A stretch of DNA of 64,000 nucleotides from Thermoplasmata archaeon (GTDB taxonomy: Archaea > Thermoplasmatota > Thermoplasmata > RBG-16-68-12 > JAFNFQ01). The stretch covers positions 224,001-288,000 of the forward strand of contig JBGPQV010000001.1 of assembly GCA_041489255.1 (NCBI GenBank). The letters run 5' to 3'. Shown here piece by piece: positions 47,196 to 56,977 of the stretch (its first letter is position 1; each line of letters begins with the position of its first letter). A model generated the notes under the pieces. It had not been told where the DNA came from, made no database searches, and saw only the letters and a list, made by a program, of their open reading frames with translations. The translations under genes were made by a program, and so were the position numbers.

Positions 47196-48752
47196 TTATC
47201 CTACCATCGGGTCTCCGCCGGCGCTCTTGAATATCTCCCTCTGCCTCTTCTCGTAGAGGTAGACATCGGTTATCGCGTGCTCCTTCGACTCTTCCTCAAT
47301 CGCCTGCTGGAAGTCGTTCAGGTTCAGCCCCTCCTTTTCCCGCTCGGCCTTCTTGAGGTTGAGAATCCTCTTGACGTAATTCTTCTTGGCGGTCTTCACG
47401 ACGGCGGCGATGATTGCTCCGGAGACTATGTCCTTCCTCTTGACGGTCTTGATCGCTTCCTTGGCGTCCGGATCGGTTTTCACCCTGACCCACTTGCTCT
47501 CTCCGTAGAACTCATCAAGCACTGCATTCCTCAGGTACCGGATCGCCTTCTCGTGGTCGCCTTGCTCCCTGACGATGCCCGCTTCGACCGGAAGATCGCC
47601 TGCCAAGTAGATTGAGAGGATCTCCTCGGCCATCTTCCTGCTTGGCCTGGGTATCTCGATTATCTCGTCGAACCGACCGGGCCTAAGGAGTGCCGGATCC
47701 AAGAGATCGGCCCTGTTGGTCGCGCCTATCACGAATACGTCGTGAAGCTCCAGCAGGCCGTCCATCTCGCTGAGTATCTGCGCGATTATGTTCTTGTGCA
47801 CACCTGAGGTGTCCATGTAGCCCCTCACGGTGAAGACCGCCTCGATCTCATCGAAGAAGACGATGCTTGGCCGTCTCTCGTGTGCTTGGCGGAATATCTC
47901 CTTGATGAGCCGCTCGCTTTCCCCCACCCACTTGCTCAGCACGTCGGCGATGCTGACGTTGAAGAATGTCATGTCGTTCTCGGTCGCGACGGCCTTCACC
48001 ATGAGGGTCTTCCCGCATCCAGGCGGACCGTGAAGCAGTATGCCCCGGGGCGCCTCCAGGTTGATCTTCTTGAACAGCTTCTGCTCCTTGAACGGGAGAA
48101 TCGTCACATCCCTGATCCTCTCGATAGCCTCCCCCAGTCCGCCAATCTGCGCATAGTGGACATTCGGCTTCTCACCCAGCAGCAGGTTCTTCACTTCAAG
48201 ATTCGGGAGGACCTCGATCAGCTCCATGGTCGGCGGGAGGACAGATATCTGGAACCCGGGCTTCAGCTTCCCGATGATCTCCTTCTCGGCGGAGACCAAC
48301 CTCTTCTCCATGTCGCCTTCGACAGTGATCACAAGCTTGCCTTCGAGGATGTCAGCGACCTTCGCAATCACTCCTTCATTTCTGGCGTTGCTGCTCTCGA
48401 CAATCGCGTATGTCTGCGGATGAACCCAGACGTACTGCCCTATGTTCAGCGTCGACTTGTCGACGAGGCCTGTGCTGACCTTCAGGAGCTCCATCGACCT
48501 CGCGACCACGACCTGGCTCGCGTCGAGATCCGGTCCTTCCTTCCTGACGACGTAGGCATATAGCAGAGGCGGCTGCTTGATCTTGTTGAATTTCTCCTCA
48601 TAGGCCTTGAGCCTATACTCCCTCTCATCCACCTCATAGCGGAAGGCCTGCAGATCCCTCTCGTACTGCCGCTTGAGTCGGTCGAGCTTCTCCTCGTACT
48701 CTTCCTTCATTTCGTCGAGCGATTCCTGATCCTTTTGCTTGGTTTCCGGCAT
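47196..48752 (-). CDS. arc: ARC/Mpa-type proteasomal AAA+ ATPase
   Basis: N-terminal coiled coil, QPP motif, two OB-like segments, GPPGCGKT, KWVGE, FFDE, DPALLRPGRFD, SGAII...V..AKK. Confidence 0.88.
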   Translation of the reverse strand: MPETKQKDQESLDEMKEEYEEKLDRLKRQYERDLQAFRYEVDEREYRLKAYEEKFNKIKQPPLLYAYVVRKEGPDLDASQVVVARSMELLKVSTGLVDKSTLNIGQYVWVHPQTYAIVESSNARNEGVIAKVADILEGKLVITVEGDMEKRLVSAEKEIIGKLKPGFQISVLPPTMELIEVLPNLEVKNLLLGEKPNVHYAQIGGLGEAIERIRDVTILPFKEQKLFKKINLEAPRGILLHGPPGCGKTLMVKAVATENDMTFFNVSIADVLSKWVGESERLIKEIFRQAHERRPSIVFFDEIEAVFTVRGYMDTSGVHKNIIAQILSEMDGLLELHDVFVIGATNRADLLDPALLRPGRFDEIIEIPRPSRKMAEEILSIYLAGDLPVEAGIVREQGDHEKAIRYLRNAVLDEFYGESKWVRVKTDPDAKEAIKTVKRKDIVSGAIIAAVVKTAKKNYVKRILNLKKAEREKEGLNLNDFQQAIEEESKEHAITDVYLYEKRQREIFKSAGGDPMVG

Positions 48753-48782
48753 CGGATGACCACCGCCGCGAAATATGTCAAG

Positions 48783-48840
48783 GGCGTCCTGGCGCTCAGA
48801 CTGCCATCTTCGTGCTGAAGATGGCCAAATCCAGAACGCC
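48783..48840 (-). promoter_or_regulatory. Long hairpin in the leader of the ARC operon
   Basis: Outer GGCGUUCUGG/CCAGGACGCC and inner GCCAUCUUC/GAAGAUGGC stems; TATA-like TTCATAA at 48868-48874. Confidence 0.6.
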
Positions 48841-48993
48841 TGGAACCTAATTATGTCTGAACTGGGGTTATGAACCTTGCGACGAGATTATGGGATTCAG
48901 TAATCTGGAGAGTGCAAGAAGAGTCACCTAATCAATGGAGTGTTGAAAATTATAAACAATGACGAATTTAATCACGGTCAGACGGCTCAGGAA

Positions 48994-50145
48994 TCATGAC
49001 AGCCCGTGATACTTGAACGCTTTCCTCTTGACGCCGTCGACGACCTTCTTCACCGCACTCGACACAGCGCCGCCATCCTGTGTTTCCTCGGAATCCCTCA
49101 GCGTCCCGCCTTTCGGGGCGATCGCGTATGTGATCTTGCAGTACTCCATCCATTCGATCGGCAGGTCGTTTGCCAGCTCCTTCCCGAGCATCCTGGCGAA
49201 GAAGAGAGCCCATATCCTCGGGCAGATCATGATATCATAACCGCCGCCAGTCACCGCCACCCATCGCCCGCCGCCATATCTCCTCGAAATCTCGTCGAAG
49301 TCCCTGCCGATCTCCTCGTAAGCCCGCGTGGTCAGGTTCAGGTGGGCCAGCGGGTCGGCGAAGTGCGCGTCAGCGCCGAGCTGGGTGAACAACACCTCTG
49401 GCTTGAACGCCTCTGCCAAAGGGATGACGATTTCTTTGAAGGCATGCAGATAGCTCGCGTCTCCCGAGTATGGGGGCAACGGGACGTTCACGGTGTAGCC
49501 CTCCCCGTCACCCGTGCCGATCTCATCGATGTCGCCTGTCCCTGGGAATAAATAGTGACCGTCCTCGTGGATTGAGACTTTCAGGACTCGGGGATCGTCG
49601 ATGAATATCGATTGCACACCGTCTGCATGATGAACATCTATGTCGACGTACATCACCCTGCTCAGGCCATATTTTCCGAGCAACCGCTTTATGCCAACGG
49701 CAATATCATTCAGGAGACAAAACCCGGACGCTCTCGCAGGCATGGCATGGTGGAACCCGCCACCTAGGTTCATGGCCTTTTCCGTCTCCCCTTTCGCGAC
49801 CGCATCGCAGGCGAGCATGGTCCCGCCGACATGGAGGCTTGCCGCCTCGAACATCCCTGCGAACACCGGATTGTCCGAGATGCCCAGACCGTGTGAGAAC
49901 GATTGGCCGTCCGGGTGCTCGCTCAAGTGCTCGAGAACCTCTAGGTAGCCTCTGTCGTGCACGGCGATCAGGTCTTCGTATTCGGCGAGGCTGGGTTTCA
50001 TTTCGACCGCGCCCTTCGGCCCTATGAGCCCGTAATCCTGCATGAGCATCTTCGTGAGGAGGAGCCGCTCCTCCCTCATTGCATGCCCTTCCCCGAAATT
50101 GTATTTTAGGTACTTGTCATCATAGACAAGGACAGGGCTGGCCAT
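48994..50145 (-). CDS. Zn-dependent lysine deacetylase (AcuC/HDAC family)
   Basis: GGFHHA, SGFC..ND, DIDVHHADG, FPGTG, QLGAD, GGGY. Confidence 0.93.
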   Translation of the reverse strand: MASPVLVYDDKYLKYNFGEGHAMREERLLLTKMLMQDYGLIGPKGAVEMKPSLAEYEDLIAVHDRGYLEVLEHLSEHPDGQSFSHGLGISDNPVFAGMFEAASLHVGGTMLACDAVAKGETEKAMNLGGGFHHAMPARASGFCLLNDIAVGIKRLLGKYGLSRVMYVDIDVHHADGVQSIFIDDPRVLKVSIHEDGHYLFPGTGDIDEIGTGDGEGYTVNVPLPPYSGDASYLHAFKEIVIPLAEAFKPEVLFTQLGADAHFADPLAHLNLTTRAYEEIGRDFDEISRRYGGGRWVAVTGGGYDIMICPRIWALFFARMLGKELANDLPIEWMEYCKITYAIAPKGGTLRDSEETQDGGAVSSAVKKVVDGVKRKAFKYHGLS

Positions 50146-50184
50146 CGACGCGCCATGTCCCCCAACATCTAAAGCCTTAGCCCC

Positions 50185-50928
50185 TCAGATGAGCCATCCA
50201 CCCGTTACGTTGATGACGTCACCGGTGACGAAACCCGCCTCATCGGAGACGAGGAAAGCCACGGCGGCGGCGATGTCCCACGAAGTCCCCGGCCTGCCGA
50301 CCGAGGTCTCTTTGTCTTTGACCTCGAGTGCCTCCTTGACGGTCCTCTCCTTGTCCGCGACGACGCCGGGAGCGACCGCGTTGACCGTGATCCCGCTCCT
50401 CCCGACCTCTCGGGCGAGCGACTTGGTGAACGCGACGACTCCCGCCTTCGCGGCATAGAACGCGGACATGCCGGACGCCCCGTGCGCCCTGTATGCGCCC
50501 GCGGCGGCGAGATTCACTATCCTTCCCCACTTTTGCTTCTTCATGATCGGCAACACCTGCCTGGAGCACAGGAACGCGGCGGTGACGCTCGTGTCCAAGA
50601 CCCTCCGCCATTCACCGAGCGACATCGCCTCCACATCCTTTGTAATCCAATCGCCAACGTTGTTGACCAAGATGTCGAGTCGGCCAAAGTGAGTATGAAC
50701 CTTGTCCACGAGCTCGGCGACCTCCACCTCTCTCGTCACGTCTGCCTTGATGGCCAGAGCCTTGCGGCCCTTCGATTCGATTTCCTTGACAACCTCCAAC
50801 GCCTCTGCCTGACTGTGCAGATAGTTGACGGCGATGTCCGTCCCTTTCTCTGCTAGGGTCAGGGCTATGGCCCTTCCTATGCCTTTCGCTGCCCCCGTGA
50901 CCAGCGCCACGCGTACTGGGAGCGTCAC
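50185..50928 (-). CDS. SDR family oxidoreductase (FabG-like)
   Basis: TGAAKGIG, LVNNVG, YAAK, NAVAPG. Confidence 0.92.
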   Translation of the reverse strand: MTLPVRVALVTGAAKGIGRAIALTLAEKGTDIAVNYLHSQAEALEVVKEIESKGRKALAIKADVTREVEVAELVDKVHTHFGRLDILVNNVGDWITKDVEAMSLGEWRRVLDTSVTAAFLCSRQVLPIMKKQKWGRIVNLAAAGAYRAHGASGMSAFYAAKAGVVAFTKSLAREVGRSGITVNAVAPGVVADKERTVKEALEVKDKETSVGRPGTSWDIAAAVAFLVSDEAGFVTGDVINVTGGWLI

Positions 50929-50989
50929 GGCTGGATGATGGACGGAGTCGGTATTAAGGCTGTTCGAAGACCGGCCTGAAAGGAGGGCC

Positions 50990-53900
50990 TTAGATTTCGT
51001 CTTCCTCCTCGGTCTCCGCCTCTTCGATCTCCACCTTCTTCTCCGCTCTCTTCTCTTCCTTGGGCATCTGTTTCGGCTGCTGCTTCTCCGGCTGCAACTC
51101 CTCCTCTTCCTCGATTTCGCCCAAGTCCTCCTGAGGACCCTGGAGAGCGCGAATCTTGCGGCTTATCGCGAAGTACATCCCGATGAGACCGACGAACAGC
51201 ATCACGATCAGCAACACCATCCCCATCATCAGCACGTTGCCCAGGCCGTCCAGGTCTGACTTGAGCGTCCTGATGTCGCCCGACGTCTGGTTGAGCGCGT
51301 CGAGCCTGCCCTGGATCGTGGTCAGCTGATTGTTGACATTGGTGATATCCTGACTCTGCTGGTTGATCGTGTCATTCATGTCTGCGATCTGGTTGTCCAG
51401 GTTATCGATTTGGTTGTTGAGGTCATTAATCATGCCGAGCAGCAACGTGATTTGATTCTGCAAGCCGGCGATATCAGGCGCGATGTAGGTCACGTCTCGC
51501 GTCTGCTGGTTCGTGTTGCCGGCCTGGTCGGTCGCCGTGATATAAATCGTATTGACTCCGTCAACCAAGAGGGCCACGATTGTATCGAAGCCTCCTGTCG
51601 AGTCCACCATAGCCATCTGTCCGTTGACTGTGATCGTTGCGCTGGGCTCGGTCGTTCCCCTGACCTCCACCGATGGGACTGTCGTCTGGTACAACGGCGC
51701 GGGCATCGCAATCGCCAGTGTCGGCGCGACCGTGTCGAGTGTGATGGTCTTGAGCACCGCCGCCATGTTCCCTGCGACGTCTGTCGCATTGACCCAGATG
51801 TTCTTCCCTCCGTCGCTTCCCAGGCCCACCGTCGTCGTGAAGCTGCCGTCGCCCGCCACCGCAACCGGTGCTGAGTTGACGGCCACAGTGGCAGAAGGCT
51901 CGGTCTGACCGGAGACAGTTAAGGCCGGATTGTTGGTGTACGCTCCTGTTGGAGACGTGATCGTCACGGCTGGCGATACCGTGTCCACGGTGACGCCGAT
52001 GATCTCGACATGGGCGTTACTAGCGGGATCTGTCGCCACTACCCGGATTGAATTGCTGCCTTCTTTCAATGCAATAGTGACCGCAAAATCACCGACATTG
52101 TTCACCGCAGCGTTGATGCCCTCAATCACGACCGACGCCCCTCGTTCGGTCGTGCCCGCCACCACCACCGTCCTCTCTTTGATGTAGGAACCTGCAGTGG
52201 GGGAGGTGACCGTGAGTGCTGGAGGTTGGGTGTCGAGTTCGATGTCCTTATGGAGCAAGGCGGTATTGCCGACCAAGTCTGTCGCCTCTATCTGAATGGT
52301 GTTCGGCCCCTCGACAAGGTTCGTCGAACTGCTGAACGCACCATTCGTGGTCGCTGTCGGCACTCCATTGATCAGCACCGTGGCGATGGTCGACTCCGTG
52401 TAACCGACCACGTTCACCGCAGGCTGATTCGTGATGCTGACCGCAGGAGACGTGAGGACTATGATGGGTGCCGAATTGTCCACACCGAACGTGAACATTA
52501 GTGAAGCGAGGTTCGGCGTGGTGGCGAGGTCGTACATCTGGATGTCCACCGTATGCTGTCCCTCGCTCAGCAGGAAGGTCAGGTTCCACCACAATTCTCC
52601 GGCCACGATTCTCGCAGACGAGGTCACATCGCGCCCGTCCAAGGTCAGGAGTATGCTGTTCATGTCGACGCCCGAGTAGAACGCTCCCCGAACGTCATCG
52701 AAGGAGACGTCGATTATCGGGACGTCGGATGTCCTGTAGTCGATTCCTGCCGAGGGTGAGTTCAGGGTTATCGTAGGCGGTGTCGTATCGCGCGCCATGA
52801 GCAGCACCGGCATCTCGATGGTCGTCGGCGCCCCCATTGGCCCGATGAAGATGACGCCATAGTAATCACCTTCGACATCGGGGATATCGTAGTCGATATC
52901 GAAAGTGTAAGGCGTGTTGGCGACGATTGGACCAGAGGGCACGTTCGCCGGATCCAGATCCAGTCCCGCTCTCAGGTCGACCGTCAGGTCGAAAGTCGCA
53001 CCCGGCATCGGCACGGTGAATCCGTGCACCTCGATTCTGTACGTCCCGTCGTCTGGCAGCGTCAGCTTCACCCTCTCGTTGGCTGTCGGCGAGGTCGAGG
53101 AACCGACGGGCACTTCGCCGCCGCCCGGCAGCTCGTAATACACGTAAAGGTCGAGATCGATGGGGAACGCCGAAGTCAATGTGATGTCCATCAGTCCCGC
53201 GTGAACAGAGTCGACAAGGAAGCTGACCCGTTCATCCTGGGTGATTGGATAGACATACGTTGTCGGCTCGGAGACCCCGTAGGCCCTGACCTCCATCCCG
53301 TCGGGCATATCCATCGTCGACATGAAGTCGAACGTCTTCACGCCCGAGCTCTGCGACAGCTGTTCGGTCCACGGGAATGGATTGACGTTCACGAAACCCG
53401 TCGCTCCCGAGAACACTTCCGAAGGCCCTTCGCCCGCGTAGAGGACGTTGTGCAGGGCAATCTCGTGCAGACCATTCGCGGCAGGCCCTGAGACCCATTC
53501 CTCCGGACCGCCTGTCGCCGTATTGAATAACCAAGTGCCCGCTCCTATGTTCATGTTCGGGCTGCCGCCGACTTGGGAAAGTGCGTATGGTCCGAAAAGG
53601 GAAGGCATCGCATTCGAGAAGTCGTCCGGGGTAGGACCGAATAATAGCGTGTCTATGTCGGTCGGATAGTTGTTCCATTTCGTGTGTATGAGGAAACGGG
53701 TGCCGCCCGTGATCGGCGTGCTGTCCGGCACGTCCATGAAATAGAACCGCCAATCCCCCGCTTCCGGTCGCCATGACCAGTCCTGGCCGCCATACATGCG
53801 GCCATTGTCATAGTAGCTCGTGTTGCTGGTGTCCTCCTGGAAGGTTATGTCCTGACTGTTCCCGGCGACGTTTATCACGATCGGTATGACCGTCTCGTTC

Positions 53901-56788
53901 GAACCGGTATCCTTGAGGATCACCATCGCGCTGTAGACGCCCACCGCGGCCGTTGGCGGCACACTCACCGTCACTCTGAGCGTCTGCGTCGCTCCGGCAC
54001 CGAGCGTCACGGTCGCCTTGTCTTCCGTGATCCACGCCGAATCAGCAAGCTCATAGAACTCCAGGACGACGTGAACCCTCGTGCTCGGAATCGCCGGATC
54101 CCGGTATCTGTGGATAACGCCGAACAGTAGAGCATCGTCGACCCTCGTGAACGGATCGTGCACGAATGCGTTCTGGACGTTCGAAAATCCGTATGCATAG
54201 GTGAACCTCATGTATTCTACCTGCCCGCCAACGTTGTCGAGCTCGCCCGAGTTCACCACACCGTTGCCGTTCAAATCGTCCCAATAAAGGCCGTTGCCAT
54301 TGAGGTCCTTCCAATCGTAGAACAGCGCCCTGTAAGCGCTGTTCATGGTGTAATCGTACTCTGGGTCGAACGATGCGAAGTCGGTGTACGCAATCCCCCG
54401 TACGAATTTGGTGGTCGGATAAGCCGAGAGCATCGCGCTGACGTTCCACAGGTAGTCGGGCCTATTGCTGCTGGGACTGCTTTCATCCGAGTTGTTCGAC
54501 CAGATGTCAAACGTCCGTTCTCCCGCCTTCCTGAGGACGGCATCCGAGATCGACCACTGCTGAGCCGAACCCCCTCGGTTCGTGAGCTGGAAATCTTTCC
54601 ATGTCGTGTCTCCTGCGCTCATCACATGCGCGAAAGAGGGGTAGTCAGTGCCTCTGTAGCCGCCAGGCGTCCAAGATGATGGTGAAGCACGCACCCCATA
54701 GAGTCCATTGGCAAGCATCGTCGAACGTTCCGCGTTCGTGAGCCCGGCACCCATGACGAGCGGATCATAGTTGATGTTATCCGCGCCGTTCATCAGGAAC
54801 TCCTTGACCATGGTGTTCGTGGGATACACGGACGCGCCTTGTTCGTAGGCGTCATAGATCAACGCAACAATGCCGGCAGTCGCGGGTGAGGACAAGCTCG
54901 TTCCTCCCCAGATGCTCCAGGAATTCGTGCCGTTGCTCTGGCCTGCGGATACGGTATTGATGGCGTTGTCGCCCGACGCCCATGCGCCCACAGTCACCAC
55001 GTCGGGATCGACGTTGCCCAGAGAACTCGGTCCCCGGTTGGACCACGGCTGGACATCGCCGAAGGTCCACATAGGCCCGTTCTCCCAGGTCGTCTTCGCC
55101 CCACTGTAGTAGCTGGTCGATGCACCCACCGATATCACCGATTTACTGCCGCCCGGCGGAGTCACAGTCCCGAACCCATAGCCGCCATTTCCCGTCGATG
55201 CAACGTAGGTCGTGCCGTCGTAGTACGAAGTCAGCAAGTCGATGAAGCGCGACTCGTAATCCCAGCCGTCATTGTCGACATTAGAGGTACCGTAGCTTGA
55301 GCTGCTTACCATCGCCTCGTCGCCAGTCCCCGGGACTCCGTCGTATCCCTCAGCGGCGAACGGGTAGATGTCCGTCCAGAAACCTCCGAAGTAGATGTCA
55401 CCAACGGCGACTATCCTGGCGTCGGGCGCGAAGCCCTGCACCCTTCCTGTCACATTCTGCGCCACCACAGCGGAGGAACACATGGTGCCGTGGTCTCCTC
55501 CCGCTGCATATGCATCACCAATCATGAATGCAGTCAAATTCCCGTTGCCAGGTATCGTATTAATCAGTCCGTAACGGTCCGCCACAACGTCCGAGTACGG
55601 AATGGGATTGACGCCGTTCGCGATGAAATAGATTAGACCGCCAGAAACGTCGGGCATTCCGTCGCCCCAATCCCAGGAGGATTCGTCATAGCCGCCGGTG
55701 CTCGCGTCCCTGTAGTCAGCGTAGGAGATTGGGCTGAAGATGTCCACGGGTTTGTCGTTAAGGAAGTTGTCATCGTCGTTGAGGTCGACGTAGATTGTAT
55801 CGTAGACGAATGGAACCGCGCTGTCTGTCAGAAGGACGCCTGGGCTGTGGCTGCCGAACCTCGCCGCCAGCGTCGGCGCCGGGTGTACGCCGAGATGGTA
55901 CCAACCGCTCGCGCTCGGGACGCTGGTGACGTTGTAGTTCCTATCATTGAAGAGTGGCAGGAGACCGTTGACATCAGCCGTGGCATTGAAACTCGTGTCG
56001 ACGTACCACGAGGGGGCCGCAGGGTATGAAGCCCCGCCGAAATAGAGGTAAACGTACATCGAGAACGGATCGAACGCAATCGGCCAGAGATAGTAGGGCG
56101 AGGAGGTGTTCTCCTCAATGGCCCACGTACCCAACAGGTCAGGATTGGCGAAGTCGACGCCCGAATCCAAGATTGCGACCCTGACGTCAGAGCCCGTGAA
56201 GCCTCTCGCCCAGGCGTCCGTCACATGGTGGCCCTGGGCCGCTCTTATTGTGTTCACGCCGGGTTCGGCCGCACTGTCTGGACTCTCCTGACGTCCATTC
56301 TCCGATTCCGGATTGAGTATCTCCAGTGGCTGCGGGACCACGAACAACGATACCCCACCGACGCTGTCGAGATAGGCTATCTTGGCTGCGATGACTGCAG
56401 GCATGTCGACGATCACGGGTCGGAGGCCCGTGCTTTTTGAGGGCGCCTTGCCAACCGGGGTATCCACGCCCATCGCCCTCAGCGTTCTGCCGAGTGCCGC
56501 AGGGTCCGTTGTGTAGACTGTGACCCTGACCACCTGCTCCGGATTTTGCATGATCATGTCCTTGAGGCTCACGGAGATCTTGTTCAAGTATGACGTGTCA
56601 GGATAGAGGCCGCTTAGGCTGGTGAACGGCGACACCTGATTCTTCTCGCTCTGGCTTGCCGTCGCCGTGGCGGTGACGGTTCTTGATGCCGAGACCCGTG
56701 GCACCGAGACCAAGACCGCGAGCGACGATATCAAGACCAACGCTGCGACGACGATTGCCCCACTTCTTCCACCGACCGCTGTCTTCAT
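50990..56788 (-). CDS. Giant membrane-anchored S8 (subtilisin/pyrolysin-like) protease
   Basis: Signal peptide, ILDSGVD, HGT, GTSLSSP triad; PPC and Ig-like repeats, coiled coil, C-terminal TM and acidic tail; GGAGGT RBS. Confidence 0.92.
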   Translation of the reverse strand: MKTAVGGRSGAIVVAALVLISSLAVLVSVPRVSASRTVTATATASQSEKNQVSPFTSLSGLYPDTSYLNKISVSLKDMIMQNPEQVVRVTVYTTDPAALGRTLRAMGVDTPVGKAPSKSTGLRPVIVDMPAVIAAKIAYLDSVGGVSLFVVPQPLEILNPESENGRQESPDSAAEPGVNTIRAAQGHHVTDAWARGFTGSDVRVAILDSGVDFANPDLLGTWAIEENTSSPYYLWPIAFDPFSMYVYLYFGGASYPAAPSWYVDTSFNATADVNGLLPLFNDRNYNVTSVPSASGWYHLGVHPAPTLAARFGSHSPGVLLTDSAVPFVYDTIYVDLNDDDNFLNDKPVDIFSPISYADYRDASTGGYDESSWDWGDGMPDVSGGLIYFIANGVNPIPYSDVVADRYGLINTIPGNGNLTAFMIGDAYAAGGDHGTMCSSAVVAQNVTGRVQGFAPDARIVAVGDIYFGGFWTDIYPFAAEGYDGVPGTGDEAMVSSSSYGTSNVDNDGWDYESRFIDLLTSYYDGTTYVASTGNGGYGFGTVTPPGGSKSVISVGASTSYYSGAKTTWENGPMWTFGDVQPWSNRGPSSLGNVDPDVVTVGAWASGDNAINTVSAGQSNGTNSWSIWGGTSLSSPATAGIVALIYDAYEQGASVYPTNTMVKEFLMNGADNINYDPLVMGAGLTNAERSTMLANGLYGVRASPSSWTPGGYRGTDYPSFAHVMSAGDTTWKDFQLTNRGGSAQQWSISDAVLRKAGERTFDIWSNNSDESSPSSNRPDYLWNVSAMLSAYPTTKFVRGIAYTDFASFDPEYDYTMNSAYRALFYDWKDLNGNGLYWDDLNGNGVVNSGELDNVGGQVEYMRFTYAYGFSNVQNAFVHDPFTRVDDALLFGVIHRYRDPAIPSTRVHVVLEFYELADSAWITEDKATVTLGAGATQTLRVTVSVPPTAAVGVYSAMVILKDTGSNETVIPIVINVAGNSQDITFQEDTSNTSYYDNGRMYGGQDWSWRPEAGDWRFYFMDVPDSTPITGGTRFLIHTKWNNYPTDIDTLLFGPTPDDFSNAMPSLFGPYALSQVGGSPNMNIGAGTWLFNTATGGPEEWVSGPAANGLHEIALHNVLYAGEGPSEVFSGATGFVNVNPFPWTEQLSQSSGVKTFDFMSTMDMPDGMEVRAYGVSEPTTYVYPITQDERVSFLVDSVHAGLMDITLTSAFPIDLDLYVYYELPGGGEVPVGSSTSPTANERVKLTLPDDGTYRIEVHGFTVPMPGATFDLTVDLRAGLDLDPANVPSGPIVANTPYTFDIDYDIPDVEGDYYGVIFIGPMGAPTTIEMPVLLMARDTTPPTITLNSPSAGIDYRTSDVPIIDVSFDDVRGAFYSGVDMNSILLTLDGRDVTSSARIVAGELWWNLTFLLSEGQHTVDIQMYDLATTPNLASLMFTFGVDNSAPIIVLTSPAVSITNQPAVNVVGYTESTIATVLINGVPTATTNGAFSSSTNLVEGPNTIQIEATDLVGNTALLHKDIELDTQPPALTVTSPTAGSYIKERTVVVAGTTERGASVVIEGINAAVNNVGDFAVTIALKEGSNSIRVVATDPASNAHVEIIGVTVDTVSPAVTITSPTGAYTNNPALTVSGQTEPSATVAVNSAPVAVAGDGSFTTTVGLGSDGGKNIWVNATDVAGNMAAVLKTITLDTVAPTLAIAMPAPLYQTTVPSVEVRGTTEPSATITVNGQMAMVDSTGGFDTIVALLVDGVNTIYITATDQAGNTNQQTRDVTYIAPDIAGLQNQITLLLGMINDLNNQIDNLDNQIADMNDTINQQSQDITNVNNQLTTIQGRLDALNQTSGDIRTLKSDLDGLGNVLMMGMVLLIVMLFVGLIGMYFAISRKIRALQGPQEDLGEIEEEEELQPEKQQPKQMPKEEKRAEKKVEIEEAETEEEDEI

Positions 56789-56977
56789 TCCCTTGACCTC
56801 CTTTGATAAGACAGAGCAACACAGTTGCTCAGCGAAATTCGATATTCCCCGCATGCTGCGTGCACCGGGATGAGGGGCGCAACATCGAGCGGCGTAATAA
56901 AAGTTGGTGCACCACATCCCGTTCGAAGGGAGGCGGCAAGGCGAGGTTTAATGAATGCGCATGCCCTCCTCCGCTTC

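Noticed and set aside
47196-48752. Calling the ATPase archaeal PAN
   Set aside because: Longer than PAN, with two OB-like segments, an ARC-type C-terminal insertion (SGAII...AKK) and coupling to PafA/Dop
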